The translations under genes were made by a program, and so were the position numbers. A DNA stretch of 63,556 nucleotides, filler included, from Sphacelaria rigidula (lineage: Eukaryota), in the NCBI GenBank assembly GCA_964200075.2. It is 6 parts of 6 records of this genome, joined end to end, with 100 filler letters (N's around TTAATTAATTAA, not from the genome) between each part and the next. Parts side by side here need not be neighbours in the genome. Positions count along the whole stretch, not along the records: positions 21,222 to 31,731 come from CAXNAA020006366.1; positions 31,832 to 42,340 come from CAXNAA020006367.1; 4 more parts are not named here. One strand, written 5' to 3'. The stretch's first letter is position 1, and every line of letters begins with the position of its first letter. This document shows, one piece after another, positions 23,346 to 35,491 of the stretch. The notes below the pieces were generated by a model, which saw only the letters and a list, made by a program, of their open reading frames with translations, did not search any database and was not told where the DNA came from.

Positions 23346-24788
23346 CACAGATTAATAGGGAGCCACACAAGAAAAAGAGCTAGCTCGAGCTACAGGTAGC
23401 TGACCTGTCCGACGTGTGAAAACTTTGTCCCTACTCCTCCGAAAAACACTTGCTGGGAAAAAATTCCGACGCTACATCGTAGTAGACACCTATTGTCAGT
23501 CTTACATTTATTCATCTATTGCCTGACCTGGTGAAAAAAATTGCCCTCACATTTTTCGGAGAAAACTTCCTTGAAAAAATTCCGAGACTTCGGGGTTATA
23601 GTCATGATCATGCATACCGTAGTCACAAGACCATTGACCTCTCATCCCTACAAAGCCGGGACGGAGCACGCCGGATTTTGGCCGGACCAGGCTCGCACTC
23701 AATCACCGATTGCGAAGCGCCGTAGACTTCGGGGGGGGGGGAGAATAACAGGCTTCTTAATAAGGCTTCTGCCAGGAAAGATTTCGCGTTCTTTATTTCT
23801 TAACCCATAGCATTGCAGCGAGCTGAGGGAACATGGTTAAGCAGCCAGAGTGTTTTTTTTGCAATCAAGCTTGGGTGTTATGCGATGTTTATAGCGAGCA
23901 GGATGGTTGCGCCCTATACGCCTTCGTTATCCTGCTGATGGTGCTGCAGTTGATGCCTCCAACAGGGGAGATTCATGCATACGCGATCGATGATGGAGAA
24001 GCCACGCATTACTTGTAGTGTGTAGTGTACAAACATGACTACGAGAGTATACGAGCTACGTGCGTGGCGACAGCCTAGCGGGCGGGCCTGGACCCCCCTT
24101 TCTTACATGAAGGCATTTTCCCCAAATCCACTGCGGAGAAATGGAATAAAAAAAAGGCGTTGGCAACAACGTTGTGAAACACGCCACTCATACGTAAGCT
24201 AGGCGACCATGTTGCCGATTTTTTTTGCGCGCTTGCGTTTTTCTTGCGGTCACCATGATGGTGGTCGAGCTAGATCATGTTGTGCGGGATGGGAAAATCT
24301 CGGTCCTGCTGGCTTACGGGCGCTGAATCAAAGGGGTTGAAAATGTGTATCTCACAGCCAACGGGGAAATAAATAAATAAATAAGGGTGTCTAAGTTAAT
24401 TTCTTCCTGAGATCATCACCATTCGGTTTGATTTCCTGTACCTTACTACAACGTTTGCACAAAATTCGTAGGTGTCGTTTTTTTTCGAAATACTCTGAGG
24501 TCCTGCACAAAATATCCAGGTGTCGTTTGTTTTCATCATACTTTGGGGCCCTCTACCTTCCTCAGGAATGGTCCCGTATTCTCAAGAGATGAACCCATCT
24601 CTCCCCCTGTACAGTCCTACCCGGCATCTATAAACCCCCGGTGTTTGATATGATCACCACCTCCGCACCGCGGCGGCTCCCGTCGAACTCTTTACCGCTC
24701 ACGTGCGTCAACGACGGAATAATTCAAGACTCTGTCGGGGAATTATGAATGGATACATGTATGTCAATTTTTTAGTCTTCGTGTGCGG

Positions 24789-24810
24789 CTACTCCTGGTC
24801 TCCCAATACC
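24789..24810 (-). CDS. Candidate terminal exon of the unknown minus-strand gene
   Basis: tag|G GTA TTG GGA GAC CAG GAG TAG completes AC|G (Thr) from the 25009 exon, giving TVLGDQE*. Short, so it could be chance. Confidence 0.4.
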
Positions 24811-25008
24811 CTAATATATTGGTGATGCCAACGACTGCAAATCAATCGATTTTTCTTCGTAAAAAATTGAGTATGTTGACGAATGGATACAGCAGTGTTG
24901 TGTGGGTATGTATATATATATAGATAATGTACATGCGCAAGCACTCGAATGATGACATCGTGTTGAAATATTATGCGAGGCAACCAACGGGTTCCGTTTT
25001 GAACTTAC

Positions 25009-25115
25009 GTGGCTTGGTTGGAAAAGGCGCTGTCGAGCTCTCTCATATAGTACATGGGCTTCTTGTCGAAGACCTTGAGCAGTTTGTATATCACCATCAG
25101 CTCTTGCTCGTGCAC
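25009..25115 (-). CDS. Exon of an uncharacterised protein
   Basis: cag|VHEQELMVIYKLLKVFDKKPMYYMRELDSAFSNQA+AC|gtaagt; strong splice sites. Confidence 0.75.
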
Positions 25116-25259
25116 CTGTCAAAAACGAATACAAAGAGAAAACAAAGCAAAAACAAAACAAACATGAAAAACAAAAACAAAACAAAATTGATAGCAAAAG
25201 CGAAACAAGATAACAGTTGGGAAAAAAACACACACACACACACAAACTCACGAGAAAGT

Positions 25260-25560
25260 TGATCGATCGATCGATTGATTGATTGGTTGGTTGGTTGGTT
25301 GGTTGGTTGGTTGATTGATTGTTCCACTTGAATATACCCCGCGGGGATGCAGCCGTGGTCATATGATGGGCGTACCTGAGATCATCACAAGACTGAAACA
25401 GCTGTTTAAGAAAGGTGAAGACGAGAGACAAGGTGGAACAGAGAGGGTAGACTCAGAAAAGGAAAGGAAAGGAAAGGAAAGGAAAGGAAAGGAAAGGAAA
25501 GGAAAGGGGAGGGAAGAAAAGAGAAGAGAAGAGAAGAGAAGAGAAGAAAAAAAAAAAAAA
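25260..25560 (+). repeat. Microsatellite cluster: (GATC/GATT)n, (TTGG)n, (GGAAA)n, (AGAAG)n
   Basis: Direct inspection. Confidence 0.92.
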
Positions 25561-26114
25561 TCAAAGACAACATAAAAAAAGGAAACTCGAAATGGCCGAA
25601 TTATTGAATGGAAATGATGTTGCCTTGCCACCGTCGACGCCAAATGAGGTCACCACCCCTGGAACGTAGGGACGATAACATCATGGGTCACAGGAGGTAA
25701 CTCACGGGGACGAACGAGGCTGCGTGCGTAATGCCCCGTTCTGCGTCATACTCCATTATTTCATACTTCATTCTGTGTCATTCTCAATTCTGCCATACGC
25801 CAGTCCAGACGAAGCCTCAGGTGAGGAGAAGGGAATGGATTGAGACTGGTATCTGGGGGTTGCCCTTACCCATCTATTCGCGGAATACGATTACGCACCG
25901 GTGGCGGAAATAGACCATGACCCGATGTGACGGGACGTCCGTTGCACTAGGAGTATTGTTGGGAACATGCGAATGAACAGTACCTTCGGCATGTAGACGT
26001 ATACTGCAGGACTAGGATCCACCCCTCGCACCGAGTAAGAATGAAAATAACAAGAACAAAGACAAGAATAAGAGCAGCAACAACAGCCACCACTACCATT
26101 ACCAAGAACAAAAA

Positions 26115-26351
26115 CCAAGGGTCTACACGTTACACTCCATACGTTGACGTTTCACGTCAACAGTCGTCAACAGTTAAGTTAGGCTCGTATTACAGTGGGG
26201 GACCACGTGGGGAGCCCTGGTTTGACTTGACTTTTGAACATAGCTCTCCACGTGGTCCCCGTCCCACACCGTAGTGCTAGCCTGGCTTAACTTTTGACGT
26301 GAAACGTTACACGACGTGCCACGTGAACGAGTGTAACGTGTAGATCCTTGG
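26115..26351. mobile_element. Palindromic MITE (237 bp) with CCAAGG...CCTTGG ends
   Basis: TIR CCAAGGGTCTACACGTTACACTC vs the reverse complement of the right end: 22/23 identical. The interior is also self-complementary; AAAA on both flanks. Confidence 0.9.
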
Positions 26352-26809
26352 AAAAAACAACGTAGTGTAGAGTGCAAAAAAAACGTTTACATCCCGCATC
26401 ACAGACTTTCGGAGGCCTCTAACGACGAAACAACACAGTTCGCCCAATTAAAACTATTTTGACGGCGAAGATTCCAGGGGGTAGAAGACCTCCGGAATAG
26501 ACATGCTGGACTACACCGTGTCCGACTGCATCACGTTAAAACTCTTGGGGACACCATGGACTCTTTTTGATTCGTATTGCCTTACAACAGCGGCTCGTTC
26601 ATAAGAAACGAGGTTGTGAACGAATCAGGCTAAGATCTTGGTAGAAAAAAAAGTGCTCAGCCTCAGCGACGATCCTTAAACTAAGTCCAAAACAGTAGGA
26701 CATGATCAACCTTTGCATCAGGAATGCAAGTTAGGCTGAGCCTTATGTTCAGCTTCTCATTGACGGCACCGCTATTTCATGTAGGAATTCCGGAAACATC
26801 TCCGAGCAC

Positions 26810-27210
26810 GTAAATGCTGGAATCTATCGTGTCTTACTGCATTGTGTGGGAACTCTAAAAGTGTTCCTCACGTACGGAAATGCTGGACTCCATCGTTTCT
26901 TGCTACATGATGCAGGAAATCCTGAAGGTTTTCTCGGACGGAGACACTGGACTCTGTCGTTTCTCATTGGAGTAGCAGAACGTCTTCAAGTACGTCAAAA
27001 TATTGGAATCTATCGTTTGTGAGTTCATCATGGGGGAATTCCGGAAGGTCACACGGACGGAGATGCTGGACTCTTCTCGTTATGAGAATACAAAATGCAG
27101 GAATCCTTGAACGTCTCGAGAGCGGAGATGCTGAACAACTTTACTGCATCTCATAACGCTATACAGGAAATTCCTGAAACGAGTCAATTTTGGACTCCAT
27201 CGTTTACTTA
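26810..27210 (+). repeat. Degenerate ~62-bp tandem array, ~7 units
   Basis: A.ATGCTGGACTC.ATCGTT...GCAGGAA.TCC.GAA recurs near 26813, 26878, 26942, 26998, 27061, 27126 and 27186; a related unit lies near 26500. Confidence 0.75.
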
Positions 27211-28589
27211 CTCCTTGTTCCGCACTTCTTTTCCCTTCATCGTCATACACCCTCAACCCCCACTTTACCCTATCCTTTCACGGGACGAGCCCGCGGTCCC
27301 AAGGCATTAAACCTCATTCCACCAGTACTGCACCTACCATCTATTTTTTGGCTATCACGGATGAAATAAGTGAGCCCTCTTGCACCGCGTTGAGCGTCGC
27401 CGTTGTTTTTTACGCTACGCGCGTCCTCGATTTTTTGCAACGGTTAAGACGAATCAGAGTTCATACACGTCGATCCCCATGAAATGACAGGATTTGAGCA
27501 TACACCGACTGCTGGTCCCGCATGAACCCGACGGTGGATAACATATGCAGTGTTGTCATCTCAACCGCATTACAGATGAGAGAAAAGTACGCCTGATTCA
27601 AGGCCCATGAAATGAGAGGATTCTACCGTGTGCCGACTCTTCGTCACGCACGAATCACACATGGCATAGATGTTCATGCCATTCACGCCTCATGAAATGA
27701 AGTGTGGGTGGCATGTACAATTGATTCATTCCACATATTTTTACAGGGGGTGAAAATGTGCCCATGAGTCACCCCTCATGAACGGAAGGTGGGGAACAGA
27801 TACCTTCGACGGTGTACTGCACGCCTCACGTGCTCAAAGCCTGCATAAATTACACATGATGTGCGAATCGTATGATTCATTCGTTGGAATGATGAATATG
27901 ATCCGAATCACGATTTGGTTTGTCCTAACCGTGGACTATTCAGCAACGGAATAAAACCAGATTCTCAAGGTGGGGTACTCGTGCAGCGAGCCAGAAAAAT
28001 ATATTTTGGCTGCCCCTCTGGAGATTCCCCGCTGGAGACACCCCGCCGTAGGCACACCCCGGTGAAGGCGCATGTTCACACGACATGGCCGCACTAGAGC
28101 GAAAAAATGCGATTCGGTTTCACTTACGGCGCACTTGGATGGGTATCCGTTGAATAATGAGGGGCTTATAACGGGGCATCCGTACCTAAAAAGGTACTGG
28201 CTGTACTCAGCACTGGGTGCTCTCTTTTCCAGTTCAACTACGTACACCACCAGTAGCAGTATAGTAGTACTGCTGCCAGTGTGCACTGGTCCGGTACCCA
28301 GCACCACAGATTCTGGTCACCATTGCCAGCGTATCTCATGTCGAGTTTCAAACCCGTGACCTCTGGGGGGTTTCTCCGTTTGTTTCACCTTTTCGGTACA
28401 TGCGTCTATCTTGCGGCCACCCCAGACTGGATTATGACTCGTAGCGTACCACTGAATGTGCGACACCCAACCAATCAATCGATCAATTAATCAATCTTGC
28501 ATCAATCAATGCGTCAATCAATGCGTCAATCAATGCGTCAATCAATGCACCAGTACACCAATACATCAACGTATCAATACACCAATGCC

Positions 28590-28806
28590 CTCCCACGATA
28601 GGGGGGGGGGTTATTTTGGGCCACTTCTTGCACGAAATTCCAAGTCAAATCTTCCTTGAAAAAAGCAACGGTAACTCGAACGAGCTTGTTATAGATAAAT
28701 AACGCTCGTTCATACCGATTGACACCGTTTTTGACCAAATACAAGCGCACCGCGAGTGTGGCATGTCGTCTGACAAACTTTTGAGTCTTTTTTGTTTCAT
28801 ACAATC
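28590..28806 (+). mobile_element. Short dispersed element; homologous inverted fragment at 52858-52948
   Basis: 28737-28806 matches the reverse complement of 52882-52948. The two opposite ends both begin CCYACGATAGG+G-run, which suggests TIRs. Confidence 0.65.
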
Positions 28807-28926
28807 AAACACTCACCAATACACCAATACACCAATACACCAATACATCCCGAGGAACGCCCGGAACAGGTTCTCCACGAACAAAAACTGAAAAAAAAAA
28901 AAAAAGAGAGTGAAAACCCAGCTTGC

Positions 28927-29054
28927 CTCATTGTGTCCCGTAATGCCCTTGCGCAACCTGGAAGGCCTGTTGTGCCTTGTGATGTGCCCCGCTCCCTGCC
29001 GCTTCTTACCAGACCCCCATTTGGCATCCAACTGCTCCATAAATCCCTCGATAG
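28927..29054 (-). CDS. Exon of an uncharacterised protein (GC donor)
   Basis: cag|(A)IEGFMEQLDAKWGSGKKRQGAGHITRHNRPSRLRKGITGHNE|gcaagc. Phases fit both neighbouring exons. Confidence 0.7.
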
Positions 29055-30000
29055 CTGGTTGCACAACAACAACAACAACAACAACCAGACACAGTGTTAC
29101 TCATTTTCAATATATTATGGAGGCGATTTACTGAATTAGTCAAAGGCCCGGTAATATTTGAAATCGCCGTTCTCCGCGGCGAGAAATGCGCTGTCGTTAC
29201 TGTAGAGAGGTTCAAACGTCCTTGGAAAATAGGTGTCCGCATCAGCAAGGACAGCAGGCGACACACACCACGCCTACGGCTGAGGCGCCCGGATGGCAAA
29301 AGTATTCATGCCACTGCGGAGGGAGGAAGCGCTTCATACATAAGACTGTATGCTTAAACAGAAATGCAGGACGAAGTTGGCACGGTATACTTGGAGCCTG
29401 CAGTAGTGTACTGAATGTGCGACGCGAACTGCGCCTCGGCAGGGTATTAGCACGAGGACGTGTGGCGAAACGCACGGGGAGTCATATCACGGTAGGGGTG
29501 CACAACATATTTCCCAGGTTTGAATTTTTAGGAGCTCTTCATGTCTTCCAAAACACGACATATGAAATATGTGAGAGCACATCACATTTATTACCACAAC
29601 GGGCTAGGGACGTCTCCAATGAGGTTTACAGACGGGAATGTCCCTTTCTCATGTTGTTGTGTAGCTCCTTACTTCACAACCCTCTCAGTAAGAACCATCC
29701 AAGCTCAAGAGCGCAACCCCTTACTGCGGCATGACTAGAAGAACGCTACACACGTGACACACGCATACGAACGAGAGGAATTGAAACACCTCACATAGCG
29801 CGCCATCGATCGGTGATAAATTACCCGACACCACGGAATACACGAGAAACAGTACTCGCACAGTACACGTACGCCGCAGGCTGAGAACGTGGCAGAACAC
29901 AGACACTCAGCCTCATACTCACACTCTCTCACACACACACACATTGGAGTATGACACACACATTGGAGTATGACACTCACACACACACACACACACACAC

Positions 30001-30133
30001 CTCTGGCTTCGCTGACCGTCTTGGCAGCCTTCTCGGTGCGCTGCTTTAGACTTTCGCCGAATCGATGGTACACTTGGATCTCGTCCCTGTCCATCTTGAC
30101 GGCCTCGAACTGTTTCCTTTCTCGACGCAGAAT
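30001..30133 (-). CDS. Exon of an uncharacterised protein
   Basis: cag|ILRRERKQFEAVKMDRDEIQVYHRFGESLKQRTEKAAKTVSEAR+G|gtgtgt. Confidence 0.78.
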
Positions 30134-30599
30134 CTGTCATTTCAAATCGTCAAAAGGGCGGTCCAGGACACTCAGCGTAGGGTAACGGTCACAGGAAAAA
30201 CTCGATGCTTTCGGCAGTCGATATCTGTAGCGCCCCTGAATATACTCTATCGCGTGACCACGGCTGGATCCCTGAAAGACCTGTTCAAGTGCGACAACCA
30301 ATCAAATCAATCGATCAACTCAGTACTTTGAAGGGTTCCGGTTCGGTTGTTGACACATGTATGTTGCTGGGATCCGGGTTCTCTTGAGTTCCTCTCAGCC
30401 CAGGAGGTGATCTCGGTCATGAGCATCCATCTGACTGGATCTCAGAATTTTGTCTGTTACGTCCGCAGTGGATCCCGGGCGGGATATACTCGTGAGGAGT
30501 GCACCGCTCGAGACACGGGTGAAAGGAAACGAGCTGCACCCGGCGCACCTGAGCCTGTTGCCTAGATTCTAAAAGTCGGCATCAGCATAATCACAGAGT

Positions 30600-30840
30600 T
30601 GAAAACCGTTCAAGGTTCGGACAAATCATCGCTGGTCCGAATCACCAAAATATACCATGTCCCGAGGCCTGATTGCTCGGAAAGAGAGAAAAAAAAAAAA
30701 ATGACCTCAGGTCAAAAACCGTCTCGACGCAAAGTTTGCACTATTCCACGTGCACGGGGTGCGCGCGTACCTGGAGTGCTACGCTGAAAACATAAGTCCA
30801 AGGATGGGTTGATTCCTACAGTACGAATCAATTACACACA
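30600..30840 (+). repeat. Diverged dispersed repeat; second copy at ~32354-32580
   Basis: Colinear motifs ggttcggac.aatc.tcgc.gg..cgaatcaccaaa, aggcctg.ttgct.gaaagagagaaaaaa, caggtcaaaaa, gcgtacctgg, acgctgaaaaca. Confidence 0.75.
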
Positions 30841-31126
30841 TGAAAAAAACAAGCAAGCTTCAGGCGAAATCATTATCCTTGCAGCCCCACAAAATTGGGA
30901 ACTCCAGCAAGGATCCATGGTGGTGTCCGAAGACAAGACTCACAGGGTACCGGGCCGCACTCTACCGTGTTGTTACATGGAGGCCCAGTATGCTCGCTTA
31001 TTTTTATTTTACATGATCGCCGAACTATTTGTTAATTTGAAAAAATAATCTGACAAAGAGGGAGGAAGAAAACAAACATGAAACGCACAGATACACGCAA
31101 CAGGTACTTGAAGTGAAAAACTGTAC

Positions 31127-31265
31127 CTTTTCCTCTCGTGACTCCACGGAAACCCTGGGTTCGGGCGGCAAGAATGTCGGCGGGACGAGCTCCATCATCT
31201 CTGCTCTCGTTGCTGCCTCGGCAATCAGCTCCTGTATCCTGGCGTCCGCACCCTCCTCCTTCGGC
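31127..31265 (-). CDS. Exon of an uncharacterised protein (5'-most exon visible)
   Basis: cag|G PKEEGADARIQELIAEAATRAEMMELVPPTFLPPEPRVSVESREEK|gtacag; joins the 30133 exon in phase 0. Confidence 0.78.
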
Positions 31266-31589
31266 CTGGACGAGACAAACTAGTCACAAGAGCAAAAAAA
31301 ACAAGGGAAAAAAACAAGAGATTCATTTTTCAAACACGCCGCAGTATATATATACAAGATTCCCTTCGGGAGCTAGGTACGGGCCTCCCGTGGGTGACGC
31401 AAGTCGAAAATATAAAATATATAGTTAGTCTCTCCCCCTTTCTTTCGGTGTACACTATTGACAGATCTGGCGTCTGTTGCTTTGTTTGTTTTCTTTCTTT
31501 ATCTTCTCTCCCTGTTGAACTCGGGAGAGCTGCTTCTCACCGGTTTTCGTGGCGTCTCTCTTCTTATTTTTTATTTTTGGTAATATGTC

Positions 31590-31731
31590 TGGTAAGGAAT
31601 AGCAAGGACGGTATTGGAAAGGCAAGCCTACGTCTGTGACCACGAGTTCGCGATATCGGACTAATGTGCGAAATAATAATAATAATAATAATGATAATAA
31701 TAATAATGATAATAATAATAATGATAATAAT
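31590..31731 (+). mobile_element. 3' end of a non-LTR retroelement with an (AAT)n tail
   Basis: Homologous to 8530-8645 and followed by ~60 nt of (AAT/GAT)n running into the scaffold end. Confidence 0.75.
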
Positions 31732-31831
31732 NNNNNNNNNNNNNNNNNNNNNNNNNNNNNNNNNNNNNNNNNNNNTTAATTAATTAANNNNNNNNNNNNN
31801 NNNNNNNNNNNNNNNNNNNNNNNNNNNNNNN
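31732..31831. other. Artificial scaffold-concatenation linker
   Basis: N44-TTAATTAATTAA-N44. Confidence 0.98.
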
Positions 31832-34800
31832 CGAAGCCTGCTGATTGTCTTGCATTTGGATGGCAGCCTCCAATGAGTTGCTTCATTGTCTGGTATCGCC
31901 ACTTCCAGAGACAGTCACGTCCTTTACACTGCCTCATGGGTGTCTCACCGGGGGGGGGGGGCACTCATTTGTTGTTTGCCGTGTAATAGGTATGTGACCA
32001 TTAGGGTGATTTCCTACTTTGTTCAGGGCTTGGAATTGGCTTCTACTGCGGACTCGCGATTCAGCATACTTGCCCGTTCGTCCATTGTCGCCATGTTCGA
32101 CACTTTATTCCAACCGCTCATGAGTATTACTGTCGTGTTCTCGTTACACAGGAACTCCTCCCAAAAGCTCCGTGTGATTCCGCACAAGTTTCCGGAGCAT
32201 TTTAGAATCGGAATCGCAACCGTGCATCATGTATCCTGCATCAACATCACTGTCCGCGCACAATGTGCAAGTACGCAAAAACGTCAACAGACCGCAACGG
32301 GTGTTTATACGATGGCCGAAGACGGAGGATGACAGCATCACCACTAGTCCTCATGAAAACTTCAACGGTTCGGACGAATCTTCGCCGGCTCGAATCACCA
32401 AATCCGCGGTATTTCAGGCCTGGTTGCTTGAAAGAGAGAAAAAAGTCGATCGCAGGTCAAAAAAGTCTCCACGCAATTATTGCGTCACTACACGGGCCTG
32501 GGCTGTGCGTACCTGGGTTGCAACGCTGAAAACAACGCCGAAGGATTGATTCGTAAGGTACGAATCATCCAGACTAAAATCAAGTGATTTCCAGACGAAT
32601 CATCAGTCCATCCGACCCTTGAATACTTCCCAGCGGACTGCACGGTCGAATGCGACTCTGGATCGGCTGGGTCAGAAGCGTACCACACCACGCACTCACC
32701 AGCACCACTGCAGGTGACGCGGCCGGCAACCATACCAAGCGCACAACGGCCTGAATTTGGTGCACGGCGTCTTAGAGAGTACTTGATACCTCGATATGGT
32801 ACAGTACAGTACAGCAAATGCTAGTGGCACTCAGATAAACAGACAGCAAAGCGGCGCACAACCACCTATGCCGAGACGTCGGGCAACATAGGCGCACCCG
32901 GTGTTTGCGGAGCTCTCCGCGCCCCCTTCCAACCATCTCCTGCCTTCCCTTTTTACGTATACTCTGCTCTGTGTGTTACATAGCTCGTGGATGGCGTAAT
33001 GCTTGGGCAGTATCAATCATCGCCTGATCTGCGTCATTTCTTTCCTGAACGAGCAAGCTCTGTTTGCACAATCCACCGATGTTGATACAGTTTCTTCACC
33101 ACAACACAATGCTCCACAAGTATTGGGAACCTTACCTGGTGGAACAGTATCTGGGCACCTGCAGCTTGCAGCCTGTGAGCACTTTGATGGCTGTATAGAC
33201 AGTCATGTGCCCGACGAAAATGGTGGCTTCTTGAGATGATAACGGATGAACAACCTCAAAGGTGGATAACATCACCATACCCTTGTCTCTATTGCCGGTG
33301 TGTTATGCATGTCTTCGAAGCTAATCGATGGCCAATGACAACTGTTACGAGGTCCAAGGTATGATTTTTGTAAACGTAGGACGCGGGCGGACGCTCAATA
33401 GACAAGGAGGGTTGTGTAGAACTACGAGTTCAGGTCAAAACGTAAGCAGCAGCCATTCGTTACGATTGAGGAAGGAGGGAGAACATTACTTCCTATCTTG
33501 CATCCTCCCGCTGCGCCTGCTCACATATTTATACGTGCATGATCACATGTACTGCTGGTCGCGGCTTATGCACCAAAATATATTATGCGCAGCGTTCGCA
33601 TGATAACGGCGTTTTACTTGTCGGCGTTGTCTCCTCACTAGAAGCAACTATTCCACCGCCCCCTTCCCAAAAAAGTTCATCCATTTAGCGTCCAACTGTC
33701 GGTCCGGGCGATGGAGGGGTTGACCCACATCAAAATTCTCTCTATCTGACCCGGCAGCATCATGGATGAGAGGGAGCGAACAAAAGGTATCGATTTCTCG
33801 AGGCCTGTACTTGTAGCAGGACCCGAGATGTTAGCAGGCTTCGAACAAAGATAGGGATTGCTGTCGATGGCAGCGTGTGTGGCAATTCGGGGGCGGTACA
33901 GCAGCTATTCATTGACTTGAAATTGGAAGTAAGCCACTTGGCGCACAGTGTCAACTGCCGAAAAATTGCTTGCACAGGTCAATTGATGGACTCAGCTCAT
34001 CGTCCCCACCAATCACCACATCTGACTCCTGCAGCTATACTGAAGGCAACGACCTCGTGCTGCACATGGCAGCAGCAGCAGCAGCCAGTTTTGTCGCGTA
34101 CGGGCCAATGTGGATAATGCTACAACTGCAATACATTTCTTCCACATAACGCAGGACTGAAAGTTGCATGCAGTATTGTTTACTGTGCGCTGCTTTTATC
34201 TCGCGCCAGGACGTACCGAGAGGGGAACGACTTGCGGATTTTGGCCCTGTATCAGTGCCCATAGGGTAGACGAGCATATCCTGTCTGTCTCATCCGCGTC
34301 TAGGCAGACACAACTGTCCGCGTGGTCTGTACCGTACTGTTGGAAAAAGTAAAGTACAAGGAAAAGTACATAACGAAAAACGTGTGTACATAATACACGT
34401 CAAGACCTGCTGAAAAGGGAATTATTAGAGGATCTTCAGCTGTTGTTGAGAGGGCACTGATTCCACAGGTGTCAATTAAGCTCCATGTTGCAATTGCGTG
34501 GCCTTCGATGGATGTCGTGTCCGTGTGTGTGTGCGGGGGGGGGGGGGAGGAGGACTTATTTGTTGATTGCCTCAGTCGCTCGACCAATGACCATGCATCC
34601 CTTTCGGGACGGAGCATATCGTGCCATGACGTGGGGGGGGGGGTATTGCACACACGATCTTGCATGCCGTAGTCATATGACCATTGACCTCGTATCCCTA
34701 CAAAGCCGGGAAGGAGTACACCACGTTTTCGCCTGACCAGGCTCGCAATGAATAACCTATCCTGTGTGTGTGAGGGGGGGGGGGCATAGGGCTGGGGCCT

Positions 34801-35374
34801 AGGAACAACTGATTTCTTTTTAAATGAGGGGCATGGCGGATACAGACCAATGGATTTATTTTATGATCTTGTATATGCGTTTGTCAAGGTTCTCCTCAAG
34901 CTATGCATCATGCCATCAACCCTCTGCGGCTAAGCCACACAAATAGCTTCGTGACGTATACTTCGTGTGCGCGTCAGTATGTTCGAGCACGGCGGCGATG
35001 GGACCACACCACGGAAGATATTTCCCTCATCAGGACAGGGACTGTGGAAATACTGGAGAGCCGGTGTGTGGTTTGAACTGGAAATTCGATATACCGTAAC
35101 TATAGGCGACGTGACTGCCACCGCCGCTAATAATACCCTTTCCGGCAGTGCGCGGGTCAAAGCGCACGCTTTTGGTACTGGTCGGTACCCCCGTCTCCAT
35201 CAGTGTGTCTAACGATACGAAGCAAACGGTATCCTTTACAGCGGAAGTGAGGCGCCCATGTAGTACAAATTGCCACAATGCTAAACCTGAGCGAAGTGGA
35301 TTGGGTAGCACGTGGTATGCTTTCATCTCAACGGAGTGTGCCTTCCTTGAACATGACGTATCAGACGCACTCAC

Positions 35375-35491
35375 CTTGTCCATAACTTTCGCTTGCTCGA
35401 TTTTGTCGACGACAAAAGAGTCCTGGTCCTTGCTTTGGAAGTACACAGGAAAATGTCCGACCATGCGGCAAACGCCCCCGAGCAACGGAAC
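35375..35491 (-). CDS. Internal exon of a 1-acyl-sn-glycerol-3-phosphate acyltransferase (PlsC/LPAAT-like)
   Basis: cag|VPLLGGVCRMVGHFPVYFQSKDQDSFVVDKIEQAKVMDK|gtgagt (117 nt, phase 0/0). P-x-x-G...G-H-F-P-V resembles acyltransferase block II. The flanking NHxS and FPEG exons were not located. Confidence 0.62.

Noticed and set aside
34215-34278. Candidate further LPAAT exon (DMLVYPMGTDTGPKSASRSPL)
   Set aside because: Good donor but a purine-rich acceptor and no clear acyltransferase motif.
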